A DNA stretch of 58,261 bases from a virus (taxonomy: Duplodnaviria; Caudoviricetes): IMG/VR virus record IMGVR_UViG_3300033141_003435, positions 1 to 58,261 of that record. The stretch is one strand, 5' to 3'. Shown here piece by piece: positions 9,111 to 17,399 of this stretch; position 1 is the first letter of the stretch; each line of letters opens with the position of its first letter. The notes below the pieces were generated by a model. The model saw only the letters and a list, made by a program, of their open reading frames with translations, was not told where the DNA came from and searched no databases. The translations under genes were made by a program, and so were the position numbers.

Positions 9111-9664
9111 CCCTCGAAATACTTGAAGATGAAAAGCTCCTCAGACGGGTCTTCGTATGTGAGTTTGAAGCCGTCTTCCGCCGCAATGCTGCTAAGAACT
9201 TCTCTCCAAGTGTTGTACGACCACCACGTTATGTGAGACGGATCGTTGTAGAACCACTTGTGCTCGATAGAGCAAAATCCGACGACAACACACATCGACG
9301 AAACTCGAGTGAACTCTTTCATCGTTTTGTAGATGTCCAAAGTCGTGAGATGCTCAAGAAGATCAAACGAGATTGTGCACTCAAACGCGTCATCTCCTCC
9401 GACCATCTCGGAAAGAATGCGCGCATCTCCGAGCTTGATCAACTCTGGGAGCGGACAGCGCTTGACAATCTCTTCGTTGTACTCGACACCTAAGACTGTC
9501 TTCCCCAAACTATGGAGAAGGTGTAGCCCTTCAATGCTTTCGCACGGACAAAAAAGAAAGCTCTTCATGTAGTCAAGCTTGCTTTGATGCTCCTCCCAAA
9601 ACGCTATCTCCGAGCGTCGCAACCCCCCGTATCTTTCATAGTACTTCTTGTCAAAACCAGACAT
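9107..9664 (-). CDS. class I SAM-dependent methyltransferase-fold protein (degenerate motif I)
   Basis: LGVE, GDA, FECTISFDLLEHL, DPSHI motifs. Confidence 0.65.
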   Translation of the reverse strand: MSGFDKKYYERYGGLRRSEIAFWEEHQSKLDYMKSFLFCPCESIEGLHLLHSLGKTVLGVEYNEEIVKRCPLPELIKLGDARILSEMVGGDDAFECTISFDLLEHLTTLDIYKTMKEFTRVSSMCVVVGFCSIEHKWFYNDPSHITWWSYNTWREVLSSIAAEDGFKLTYEDPSEELFIFKYFEG

Positions 9665-9673
9665 CTTCTCCTC

Positions 9674-10687
9674 CTAATCTGAGCGGTGCTGAAAGTAGTC
9701 TTGCACTTTCTTGAGTGCCCGATCGACACCCAAATGTTTGTACTTCTTGTAGACCCACTCCGTCTCGACCTGACAGTTCCAATAGCATCCGTGACACTGC
9801 GCCTTAAAATCGTGCTTCCAGTCTAGGTGTATCCTTCCGAACGGTATCTCTCTGACACTGGCCCACTCGAGAACGTTGTATCGACGAATCTTGTTGCCCC
9901 GAAGGTGCAAACAAGGTCGCAGTGTTCCATCCGCGTCAATCACCAAGTTCGTCATTCCCAAACATCTGTAACGATACTCGTCTGGACAGACGTTGGATGC
10001 AAACTTGAGCAGATACTCTGAGGTGTTGTGGATGAGGTATCCCTCCCTCTTCATTCTCACGAGCCTCTTCATAACAGCGTTCAACGCGTGCCAGTCAGAC
10101 ATACGAAACGCAAACTTGCGATCGTAGAAGCCGAAGTCATAGTCGTGTGACGGATAAGCGATGTAGGGCGTTATTTCCGACCAACAACCCTCCTTTGATA
10201 AGAGCTTGACAAGCATGGTCGCGCCCTTGTAGTTCTCACGATCGAGAGTAAGCGTTGCGTGTAAGTCTTCCACACCCAAACGCTTAGCGACTTCGATCAC
10301 TCTTAGAGCGTTGCTCGTCTTTCGCGCTCTATCTTGACACCCCATGGGATCGGCTGAGAGACTAAGATTCTTCAACCCGCAAGCCTTAAGCTCGCGGATA
10401 TACTGTTCGTCAAGCAGCATCCCGTTTGTCACAATAGCATAGCTTAGGTCACCTAAATGCTTGACGAAACGCTTCAATCGCTTCTTCCCCCAAACAGTTA
10501 CGTCCCCTCCCAGTATGACGATAAACGAGTCGCTGAAGTGTCTCTTCAAAACAGCGATGACCCGATAGACATCCTCCTCGGTAAGCTCATCAAACTGATT
10601 GTCTCGAATACGACAGTACTCGCACCTCAGATTGCACCTCCGCGTCGGTAACCAGGTCACAACGGGTGGTTTTGCAAAGACACTCAT
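9674..10687 (-). CDS. radical SAM protein with SPASM/twitch-like C-terminus
   Basis: CNLRCEYC, ILGGD, IVTNG; C..LVIDADGTLRPC...CHGCYWNC; start ATG 10687 with ATGA overlap. Confidence 0.9.
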   Translation of the reverse strand: MSVFAKPPVVTWLPTRRCNLRCEYCRIRDNQFDELTEEDVYRVIAVLKRHFSDSFIVILGGDVTVWGKKRLKRFVKHLGDLSYAIVTNGMLLDEQYIRELKACGLKNLSLSADPMGCQDRARKTSNALRVIEVAKRLGVEDLHATLTLDRENYKGATMLVKLLSKEGCWSEITPYIAYPSHDYDFGFYDRKFAFRMSDWHALNAVMKRLVRMKREGYLIHNTSEYLLKFASNVCPDEYRYRCLGMTNLVIDADGTLRPCLHLRGNKIRRYNVLEWASVREIPFGRIHLDWKHDFKAQCHGCYWNCQVETEWVYKKYKHLGVDRALKKVQDYFQHRSD

Positions 10688-11391
10688 TGCTCTCCTCCAA
10701 TCCAAAAGAAGCAATCGTAGGTGTCTCTCACAATTATCTCCTTTACACTTCGTCCAAGCTTCTTGCCCAGCACTTCAATGGAGTCTTCGTGAAACATCTG
10801 CACATGTTCGCGGTTGTAAGACATCTCAAGCACATCCCACCTGAAGTCGGGAAACATCGGCACAATCCCGAAGAAGTCTCCATCAAGCGCCTTCCCCAAA
10901 TGCTCAACAAATGCACTCAGATCAATGATGTGCTCAAGCGTATGTGAACAGATAATCACGTCAAATCTTTCCCCAAACTCAGCCCACGCAAAAAGATTCT
11001 CTGAAACATCGATGAGATCGATGCGATGGCTCCGCGCCTCCAGCATATCGTCGTCTGTATAGAAATCGGCGGCGACTAAGTCCCAATTGCGCCGTCTTTC
11101 TCGTATCTGACGAAGCGTATGCTGGGACTTGCCCGCACCGATGTCAAGCACCGCAAACTTGGGACGACGTATGACGTTAAGCCGCTTCAACACCATCTCT
11201 GTGTTCAATCGATTTAGCCATTTGTACACTTCCAACCGCTCTTCTATCCACTTCGCGTCTTCTCCAAGTCTGTAGTCAACTCTCTCGGGGTTGACGTTCC
11301 ATACAAGTTCGCAAGAGAAACACTTACGAAACGCCCCTTCGCGCAAACTCCCCCACGAGTCATCTCCACACAACGGGCAAACGTTTCTCAA
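10684..11391 (-). CDS. class I SAM-dependent methyltransferase with N-terminal Zn finger
   Basis: CPLC..CFSC, VLDIGAG, FDVIICSHTLEHI. Confidence 0.85.
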   Translation of the reverse strand: MRNVCPLCGDDSWGSLREGAFRKCFSCELVWNVNPERVDYRLGEDAKWIEERLEVYKWLNRLNTEMVLKRLNVIRRPKFAVLDIGAGKSQHTLRQIRERRRNWDLVAADFYTDDDMLEARSHRIDLIDVSENLFAWAEFGERFDVIICSHTLEHIIDLSAFVEHLGKALDGDFFGIVPMFPDFRWDVLEMSYNREHVQMFHEDSIEVLGKKLGRSVKEIIVRDTYDCFFWIGGEQ

Positions 11392-11993
11392 TGCTCCGAT
11401 TTTCCTTTCATTTCGACCATAGGAAGCACAAAAGTTTTGGGGCGTTCAAACGCCCCCGCCTTAGCCAGCGTGTCAATGATGATCTTGATGTAAGTTATCG
11501 CTTCCTCCTTCAAATCTTTGTCTCGAAGAAACTCGCCTTGCGCTGAGACTTCGAGTCCGTGTTTCGAGATTCGCACAACATAGCGATCAGGGAGCTTCAG
11601 TACCAACTTGGAATCCTGGAGGCGCTCATTGTGGAGATACGCAAAAATCCACATCTCTTCGCTTGACTTTCGCTCGTGAATAAACAGCCCCCTCCTCTGA
11701 GGGAAGTTGCACGTCGCGTGATCGTCGACGTAAAGGTCAGCTTGAGGTTTGTCAAACTTCAGCTCGTGGTACTTCACACCCCAACTCGCCAGCCACTCCT
11801 TTGTCACCTTCACTACGCCCTTGTCAGAGCTTCGGCGAGATGTAAAGAGTATGATTTTGTGCCCCGCATTATAGAGCGCATTAACAAGAGCGATGTTCTC
11901 TTTGTTTGGAACTCGAGAACGAAACGCTTCGACAGAATGGGTCGGAGGAGCATCACACAGTATTCCGTCAATGTCGACCACGTAGACCATCAC
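11388..11993 (-). CDS. HAD-superfamily phosphatase with C-terminal extension
   Basis: VDIDGIL, ILFTSR, KP.ADLYVDD. Confidence 0.85.
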   Translation of the reverse strand: MMVYVVDIDGILCDAPPTHSVEAFRSRVPNKENIALVNALYNAGHKIILFTSRRSSDKGVVKVTKEWLASWGVKYHELKFDKPQADLYVDDHATCNFPQRRGLFIHERKSSEEMWIFAYLHNERLQDSKLVLKLPDRYVVRISKHGLEVSAQGEFLRDKDLKEEAITYIKIIIDTLAKAGAFERPKTFVLPMVEMKGKSEH

Positions 11994-12940
11994 CTTCCTC
12001 CGATCAAGCGAAGAAACTCCTCTTTGACTTTGTCTTCGAGGAAGTTCCCCTGCATCGCTGAAGTTGTCATGACAGAAGCTTGCTTCTCAACACCTCTAGC
12101 CATCATACAAAGATGCTGAGCTTCGATGACAACTCCGACTCCCATGGGGCGCAACGTTTCTGTAATAGCACTTGCTATCTGTTGTGTAAGTCGCTCCTGT
12201 ATCTGCAGGCGTCTCGCATAGCACTCAACAAGTCTTATCAACTTCGAAATTCCGACAACTTTGTCTTTGGGAAGATAGCCGATATGCACTTTTCCAAAGA
12301 AGGGCATCATGTGATGCTCACACGTTGAGAAGAACTCGATGTTCTTCAGCACTATCATCTGATCATAGTGAAGCGTTTCAGAGAACTGAGCTTGAAGTTT
12401 GACGATGGCAGAGATGTTGTCGCGATACCCACCGAAGAGCTTGCCCCAGCTCTTAACGACTCTTGTCGGCGTATCCTTCAACCCCTCTCTGTTTGGGTCA
12501 TCTCCGATGTACTCGATGATTCGTCGTACGCTATCTTCGATTTCTCTCGGAGACTCCCAGGGAAACACAATCCACTTGCCGCGCGCCACCGTTCTGAGGA
12601 AGATGTCGGGCTTGATCGCCGCTCCTTCCTTCACGTACAACGCCGCCGTCAAAAAGCCCTTCTCAACATACGGACGAATCGTCTCCCCACTATCAACAAT
12701 GTCATCCACAATCACAGTGCGAGAAACATCGGGGGACGAATCAAGCGCCTCTAAAGTTCTCACGATTTCTCGAGCAACGAACCACCCTCCGACAGGAATT
12801 CCGAACACGGTTCGCAGCCCTCTTCGTGCGACTTCAATTGTCAGCTCGTTCCTTAGCTCATCGCAAAGCATTCCCAGCCCTTTCCACGAAAGAGCTATCT
12901 TATCTGCAGTATCTTGTGAAGTTGAAGACTGAGCCTCCAT
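11990..12940 (-). CDS. folE: type I phosphoribosyltransferase (Gpt-like) fused to GTP cyclohydrolase I
   Basis: N-terminal GIPVGG, VIVDDIVDSGET, WIVFPWE; C-terminal REGLKDTP.RV, CEHH, GISKL.R, RLQIQERLT, HLCMMARG. Confidence 0.92.
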   Translation of the reverse strand: MEAQSSTSQDTADKIALSWKGLGMLCDELRNELTIEVARRGLRTVFGIPVGGWFVAREIVRTLEALDSSPDVSRTVIVDDIVDSGETIRPYVEKGFLTAALYVKEGAAIKPDIFLRTVARGKWIVFPWESPREIEDSVRRIIEYIGDDPNREGLKDTPTRVVKSWGKLFGGYRDNISAIVKLQAQFSETLHYDQMIVLKNIEFFSTCEHHMMPFFGKVHIGYLPKDKVVGISKLIRLVECYARRLQIQERLTQQIASAITETLRPMGVGVVIEAQHLCMMARGVEKQASVMTTSAMQGNFLEDKVKEEFLRLIGGR

Positions 12941-13506
12941 CCTTCCCTCCGTTTCACAATTTCAACGCACCTTCTAATCTCGTCTGGGTCATTGTCTTTC
13001 GGCTGAAGGAAAAGATGAAGGCCCTTGTCGGTTGACGCCCTTTCGAACTCCTCCAGCTCGCTATCTGTGTGGTTGTCAAACACCACTTTGACCTCTTTCG
13101 CCAATTGAACGTTGTAAGCCGACCCTCTTTTCGGACTGACCGTAACCCAATCGACATAGCACTCCAACCATCGAGGGGAGTTTGTTCCATTAGTTTCGAC
13201 CGCTATCCACCGCACGCCCCTCTCACGTACGCCGCAAACGAACTGCATCATAAGCTCATCGTCTTGTATCGTCGGCTCCCCTCCGGTCAACACTATGCGC
13301 GGAACACAGTACGACGCGACTTTAGTTATCAACGCACCGACTGTGTATTTCTTTCCTGACTTCCAGGCGTATTTCGTGTCACACCAGGAGCAACGAAGAT
13401 TACATCCAGCGAACCTCACAAACACAACAGGCAACCCCGTCCAAGCTCCCTCTCCTTGTATGGAGTAGAAAACCTCATTTACCTGCAGTTTCTTTGGCTT
13501 TGACAC
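12895..13506 (-). CDS. queE: 7-carboxy-7-deazaguanine synthase
   Basis: EVFYSIQGEG, VFVRFAGCNLRCSWCDT, LTGGEP, VETNG, VTVSPK, WRLSLQLHK; GTG start 13506 with GAGGAG. Confidence 0.95.
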   Translation of the reverse strand: MSKPKKLQVNEVFYSIQGEGAWTGLPVVFVRFAGCNLRCSWCDTKYAWKSGKKYTVGALITKVASYCVPRIVLTGGEPTIQDDELMMQFVCGVRERGVRWIAVETNGTNSPRWLECYVDWVTVSPKRGSAYNVQLAKEVKVVFDNHTDSELEEFERASTDKGLHLFLQPKDNDPDEIRRCVEIVKRREGWRLSLQLHKILQIR

Positions 13507-13909
13507 GTCGTCTCCTCGGCCAGACAATCTTCTGCTCGTTGTACGTACAACTGGCGTTGCTGCTCTCCCACACAGTGACACTCCAAAGCTTGCAAATTTT
13601 CTTTGCCTCAAAAGGAGCTAGAAGCTTTTGCAGCTCCTCGTAAATCCACTTTGAAAGATTCTCTGCAGTCGGATTGAGTCCCTCGGGGAGAATACGATTC
13701 AGATATCCGTGGTCAAGTTGTGACGTTACCTTCGTGATGTAGCGTTTGATGTCTCTGAAGTCGAGTACCATGCCGATCTCTCGCGTTTTGTTGGCGACAA
13801 TAGTCACAGCCACCTTCCATGTATGCCCGTGCAACGCCGCACAAGCTCCATGATAGCCCTCAAGGTGGTGGGCCGCCGCAAAGTCGCTTTCCAAAGTCAA
13901 TGCAAACAT
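13475..13909 (-). CDS. queD: 6-carboxytetrahydropterin synthase
   Basis: FAAAH, C..LHGH, LDF, LDH..LN, PTAEN, V.E; start ATG 13909. Confidence 0.95.
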   Translation of the reverse strand: MFALTLESDFAAAHHLEGYHGACAALHGHTWKVAVTIVANKTREIGMVLDFRDIKRYITKVTSQLDHGYLNRILPEGLNPTAENLSKWIYEELQKLLAPFEAKKICKLWSVTVWESSNASCTYNEQKIVWPRRRRVKAKETAGK

Positions 13910-13919
13910 CTTGCCCTCC

Positions 13920-14132
13920 CTACAGCTCTCGCATCTCTCTGTCCTTACGCTTGTTGACACTGAGTTGCAGAACGCCAGCCACCATCCAAAAGATGAAGGT
14001 GGCTCCAATGCCCGCCAGCGGACACCACCAACGAAGCCCCAAGAGCCACCACAACACCTTGATCGTCGCCAGCAAGCCGAACAGTGTACCGACAAGCGCA
14101 ACCAAAGCAGGAGTTGATTCACCGACTCTCAT
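13920..14132 (-). CDS. small two-TM membrane protein
   Basis: Two hydrophobic segments and a basic tail; ATGA overlap with the upstream gene. Confidence 0.6.
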   Translation of the reverse strand: MRVGESTPALVALVGTLFGLLATIKVLWWLLGLRWWCPLAGIGATFIFWMVAGVLQLSVNKRKDREMREL

Positions 14133-14752
14133 TCCGTCACTTCCTGTATCGTGTAGAGTATCTCGGGGTGTCGCTCCTGAAGTCCCTTGACCAGAGACGC
14201 CACCTCGTCTGAGACAGAAGGCCAGAGGCCAGCCGGAATGCGAATCGTCACTTCGACATTCTGTATGAGTCGCTCCCCTTCCGCCTCTTCTCCCCCTTCT
14301 GCCATCTCTTCGCTCGCAGGAGGTTCGACATCAATCTGTGCCCAGTTTCGACGCTCCTCCAACTCGTCAGGAGTGAAAAGAGTGTCGAGATCAACTTCCT
14401 CCATCTCTTCCAGAGACTTGGCAAGTTGGTATCTCGCCAATTCGTCATACCCGTTGAACTCCGGGATACGATTCGATGCCAGCGAGTACCACTTCGCCTG
14501 CGCCTCCGTCAAATCGCTTCTGTCGATAACAGGCACTTCCGGAAGATTCAGCTTCTGTGCCGCCTTCCATCGAGCGGCCCCGGCAAGAATCACTCCGTCG
14601 CGCCAAACAACAATCGGGTCGATGAACCCAACCTTGGTTATCGACTCACACAGAGCGTCTATGCCCCTCTCTGTGTGGATGCGGCAATTCCAATCAGGCT
14701 CCTTGAGTGAGTCGACAGGAACAACCGCTCTCGATGACGCTGCCTCAACCAT
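14129..14752 (-). CDS. ParB/Srx-domain protein
   Basis: WNCRIH, GFIDPIVV, ILAGAARW, VPVI, LASNR; start ATG 14752 with GGAGG. Confidence 0.85.
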   Translation of the reverse strand: MVEAASSRAVVPVDSLKEPDWNCRIHTERGIDALCESITKVGFIDPIVVWRDGVILAGAARWKAAQKLNLPEVPVIDRSDLTEAQAKWYSLASNRIPEFNGYDELARYQLAKSLEEMEEVDLDTLFTPDELEERRNWAQIDVEPPASEEMAEGGEEAEGERLIQNVEVTIRIPAGLWPSVSDEVASLVKGLQERHPEILYTIQEVTE

Positions 14753-14827
14753 TTCAACCTCCAATTCAAAAATATGTTATCACGAGTCGGATACGCGCCC
14801 GACAACCGTGACAACGACGTTTCAAAA

Positions 14828-15217
14828 TCATTCCGTCAAAATTATCCGCTCAGGTCTCCTCACCAACATCTGGGGTGTGATTATACGGGGAGTGACGGCG
14901 TTCATCATCTTCTCAACCTCTTGCTCGAACAGCTTCTTGTCTCTGTGCGTTTGGAAGTACGACACCTCATCAGGAGGAGACCTCAGACAGTCAAAAATGA
15001 CAGCGTTCAGCGTCGCAATCTGTATTTTGAGAGTTGCGTGAGCTTGTTTTGTCAGTCTTCTTTCTCTTGCCAGTCTAGCGTGCCCTTCCTGCAAGACATC
15101 TCGATACATGATCGTCCGGCCAAGAATGAATCGAAGACGATCTTCCAACAGCCTCGCCTTAGCCGCTTGGGACTTAGGACGAGGTACACCTCCCAAGCGC
15201 TTATGCTTTTTACCCAT
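14828..15217 (-). CDS. hypothetical protein
   Basis: 129 aa, RBS AGGAGG, follows terL. Confidence 0.7.
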   Translation of the reverse strand: MGKKHKRLGGVPRPKSQAAKARLLEDRLRFILGRTIMYRDVLQEGHARLARERRLTKQAHATLKIQIATLNAVIFDCLRSPPDEVSYFQTHRDKKLFEQEVEKMMNAVTPRIITPQMLVRRPERIILTE

Positions 15218-15225
15218 AACACCTC

Positions 15226-17385
15226 CTAAAGAAAGTCTGGCTCGTCGTCGGCAAGAAAGTCGTCTTCGTCGTCCAGCTCTCCCGACATTATCGCCTTCAT
15301 AATCTGCATCTCTTCCGTCTCAATTCGCTTGGGACGACTCCGCTTCGTTCCTCCCAACAACCACTCCTTCGTTTCACGCTCAAGCTTCTCCTCCAACGTC
15401 TCGGTGTCTGCGAACTCTCCTAACTGAGGGAGGTCTGCGACCCCAAGATCGAACTGCTTAGTGGCAGCGAAAACGGCGCAAGCAAGAGCGTCGCTCACAT
15501 CCTTCGACCCTCCAGGAGGGTGATCAATCTTCCCTGTCCTCAAATCTCTCTGGAGCGTCCTAAGCTCCTCCATCAAAGGTTTATAAGGATAACATTTCAG
15601 ACGCCCCTCGTAAATACACTCTTTGAGCACCAGGTAAGGGTCCGGCGAACGATCAGCCGACTGGTGTCCGACTACCTCCTGTCCGAAACGCTTACGGAGA
15701 AGTTGTTGCGACTCCCTCGAACCGTACAAGTCGTATGTGATAGAAGAAAAGCGTACTCCGCAAACGTCTCTAAACCGATGGAGTATCTCCCTGATGTACT
15801 CAAACTCGATCTCACCCTCAGAAGGAGGGTTGATTCGCAGCACCAGGTCGACAAACACGATAGGGACAACCTCCATCGTCGCTTCGTAGTCGTCTTCCTC
15901 GGAGCTGGAGACGAACTCTGACTCGTGTCTATGGTGTCCACGTCTGTGATATTTGCGAGGCACCTCTTTGACCTGCCCAACGTGCACGATCGCCACTCCC
16001 GTTGAGTCTCCTGTTGACGAAAGGTCAATGTGTGCACACCTCAAAGCCCCTGGGTGAAGCTTCATTCTCGGAATGTCGAAAGATTTCCCTTCTGGAGGCT
16101 TCTTGATGAGACGATCAAGAATGACAGCATCCAACAGTCTGTCGTACGGAATGCCCTCGGGCCAATTGTCAGAAAGAGGAGAAGGAATTTGAGACGTGAA
16201 CATCGCCACGATTCTTGAGTCGTCGGGGATGAAACGATTCAACGATCTAACGTTCTTCCCCAAAATGTCTCGAATTGCCCCCTCCATATCAACCTCGAAG
16301 TCGCGCTTGTACTCAATCGGGATGGCACAGACCTCTCCACGCTTCTTGTAATTCTCCACCTCTTCAGAGGGAATTTCTTTCGGAGGCGTATGCTGATCAC
16401 CTATAAAAAGGTAGAATTTCCGACCGCTGTATCGTGACTCAGGTTTCGTCTCCCACTCAGAATGCTCGAAAACGACAGTCTCCCTTCCGTCGGCATGTTT
16501 GGAGAGTCGCTCCAGAAAGTCGTCAGGATGTTTGGCTGAAGAATTGAGAATCAACATCCCTGGGACGCGTCCCAAGTTCTGATAACGGGACTTCATCCTC
16601 CTCCAGATGCTGTCATGCAGCTTCTTTGCCTGATCCCACTCACGTTCGGCGGGGTTTGTGATCTTCGAACTCCCCTTGACAACCTGAAAGAAGTTTGCCT
16701 CCTCAATAACGCCTCCGAAGAGGTTCTCCCCAAGAGGAGCCAGTTCGGAAGAAGACCCCGGCACAATGCTGACCATCTTCTGCGGAAAGTCGATGATGGA
16801 CTGGATGTACTTGTTCCTCGGAAAGTCCTTCTGGAAATAAGGACTCTCGTCGATCATATCTTTAATCAATTTGAAGAGGACACGTTGGGCGTGCTGGGCT
16901 GAAACAGAGAGATTCATGAAACTGATCTGAGTCATCGGGGCCAGCCCGAAGTAGGCTTGGGGAGACTTCAAGCAGCTCAGCTCGTAAGCCATGTAAGAAA
17001 TCAACAACGCAGAAAGCCACGTCTTGCCCCAACCGATAGAGCCTTTAAGGATGACCCTCATCGGACGGGGATCGACCAGTACTACACGGTAGAAGTTGTC
17101 TTTGACCCCAGGATAGGTGCGCTGCCCTACAGCTCCAAAATAGTAGGGGTCGTTCAGCCACCGTACAGGATCGACAGGTTCACGCTCATACTTATTCTCG
17201 AACCACTCTTCGTACAACTCTCGGATGCTGAGGCCGCACTTAGCTGCTACTTCATGCAAATAGCGCTCCGCCTCTATCCCGAACTCTTCCATCGAAGGCG
17301 GCGACGATAGGCGCTTCTCACGACCCACTGTACACACCTCCCGATAAGACGCCCAACCCTCCCATGAAAGAAGGACAACTTCCAC
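15226..17385 (-). CDS. terL: terminase large subunit
   Basis: Walker A ILKGSIGWGKT, Walker B GGVIEE, coupling motif ILNSS, nuclease AHIDLS and DHPPGGSKDVSDA; true start may be ATG 17292. Confidence 0.9.
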   Translation of the reverse strand: MEVVLLSWEGWASYREVCTVGREKRLSSPPSMEEFGIEAERYLHEVAAKCGLSIRELYEEWFENKYEREPVDPVRWLNDPYYFGAVGQRTYPGVKDNFYRVVLVDPRPMRVILKGSIGWGKTWLSALLISYMAYELSCLKSPQAYFGLAPMTQISFMNLSVSAQHAQRVLFKLIKDMIDESPYFQKDFPRNKYIQSIIDFPQKMVSIVPGSSSELAPLGENLFGGVIEEANFFQVVKGSSKITNPAEREWDQAKKLHDSIWRRMKSRYQNLGRVPGMLILNSSAKHPDDFLERLSKHADGRETVVFEHSEWETKPESRYSGRKFYLFIGDQHTPPKEIPSEEVENYKKRGEVCAIPIEYKRDFEVDMEGAIRDILGKNVRSLNRFIPDDSRIVAMFTSQIPSPLSDNWPEGIPYDRLLDAVILDRLIKKPPEGKSFDIPRMKLHPGALRCAHIDLSSTGDSTGVAIVHVGQVKEVPRKYHRRGHHRHESEFVSSSEEDDYEATMEVVPIVFVDLVLRINPPSEGEIEFEYIREILHRFRDVCGVRFSSITYDLYGSRESQQLLRKRFGQEVVGHQSADRSPDPYLVLKECIYEGRLKCYPYKPLMEELRTLQRDLRTGKIDHPPGGSKDVSDALACAVFAATKQFDLGVADLPQLGEFADTETLEEKLERETKEWLLGGTKRSRPKRIETEEMQIMKAIMSGELDDEDDFLADDEPDFL

Positions 17386-17399
17386 TTCCCTTCCCTACA

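Noticed and set aside
14187-15041. Long plus-strand ORFs (also 34543-35349, 41022-41663, 45904-46512)
   Set aside because: Antisense to well-supported minus-strand genes, Ser-rich shadow composition, no motifs.
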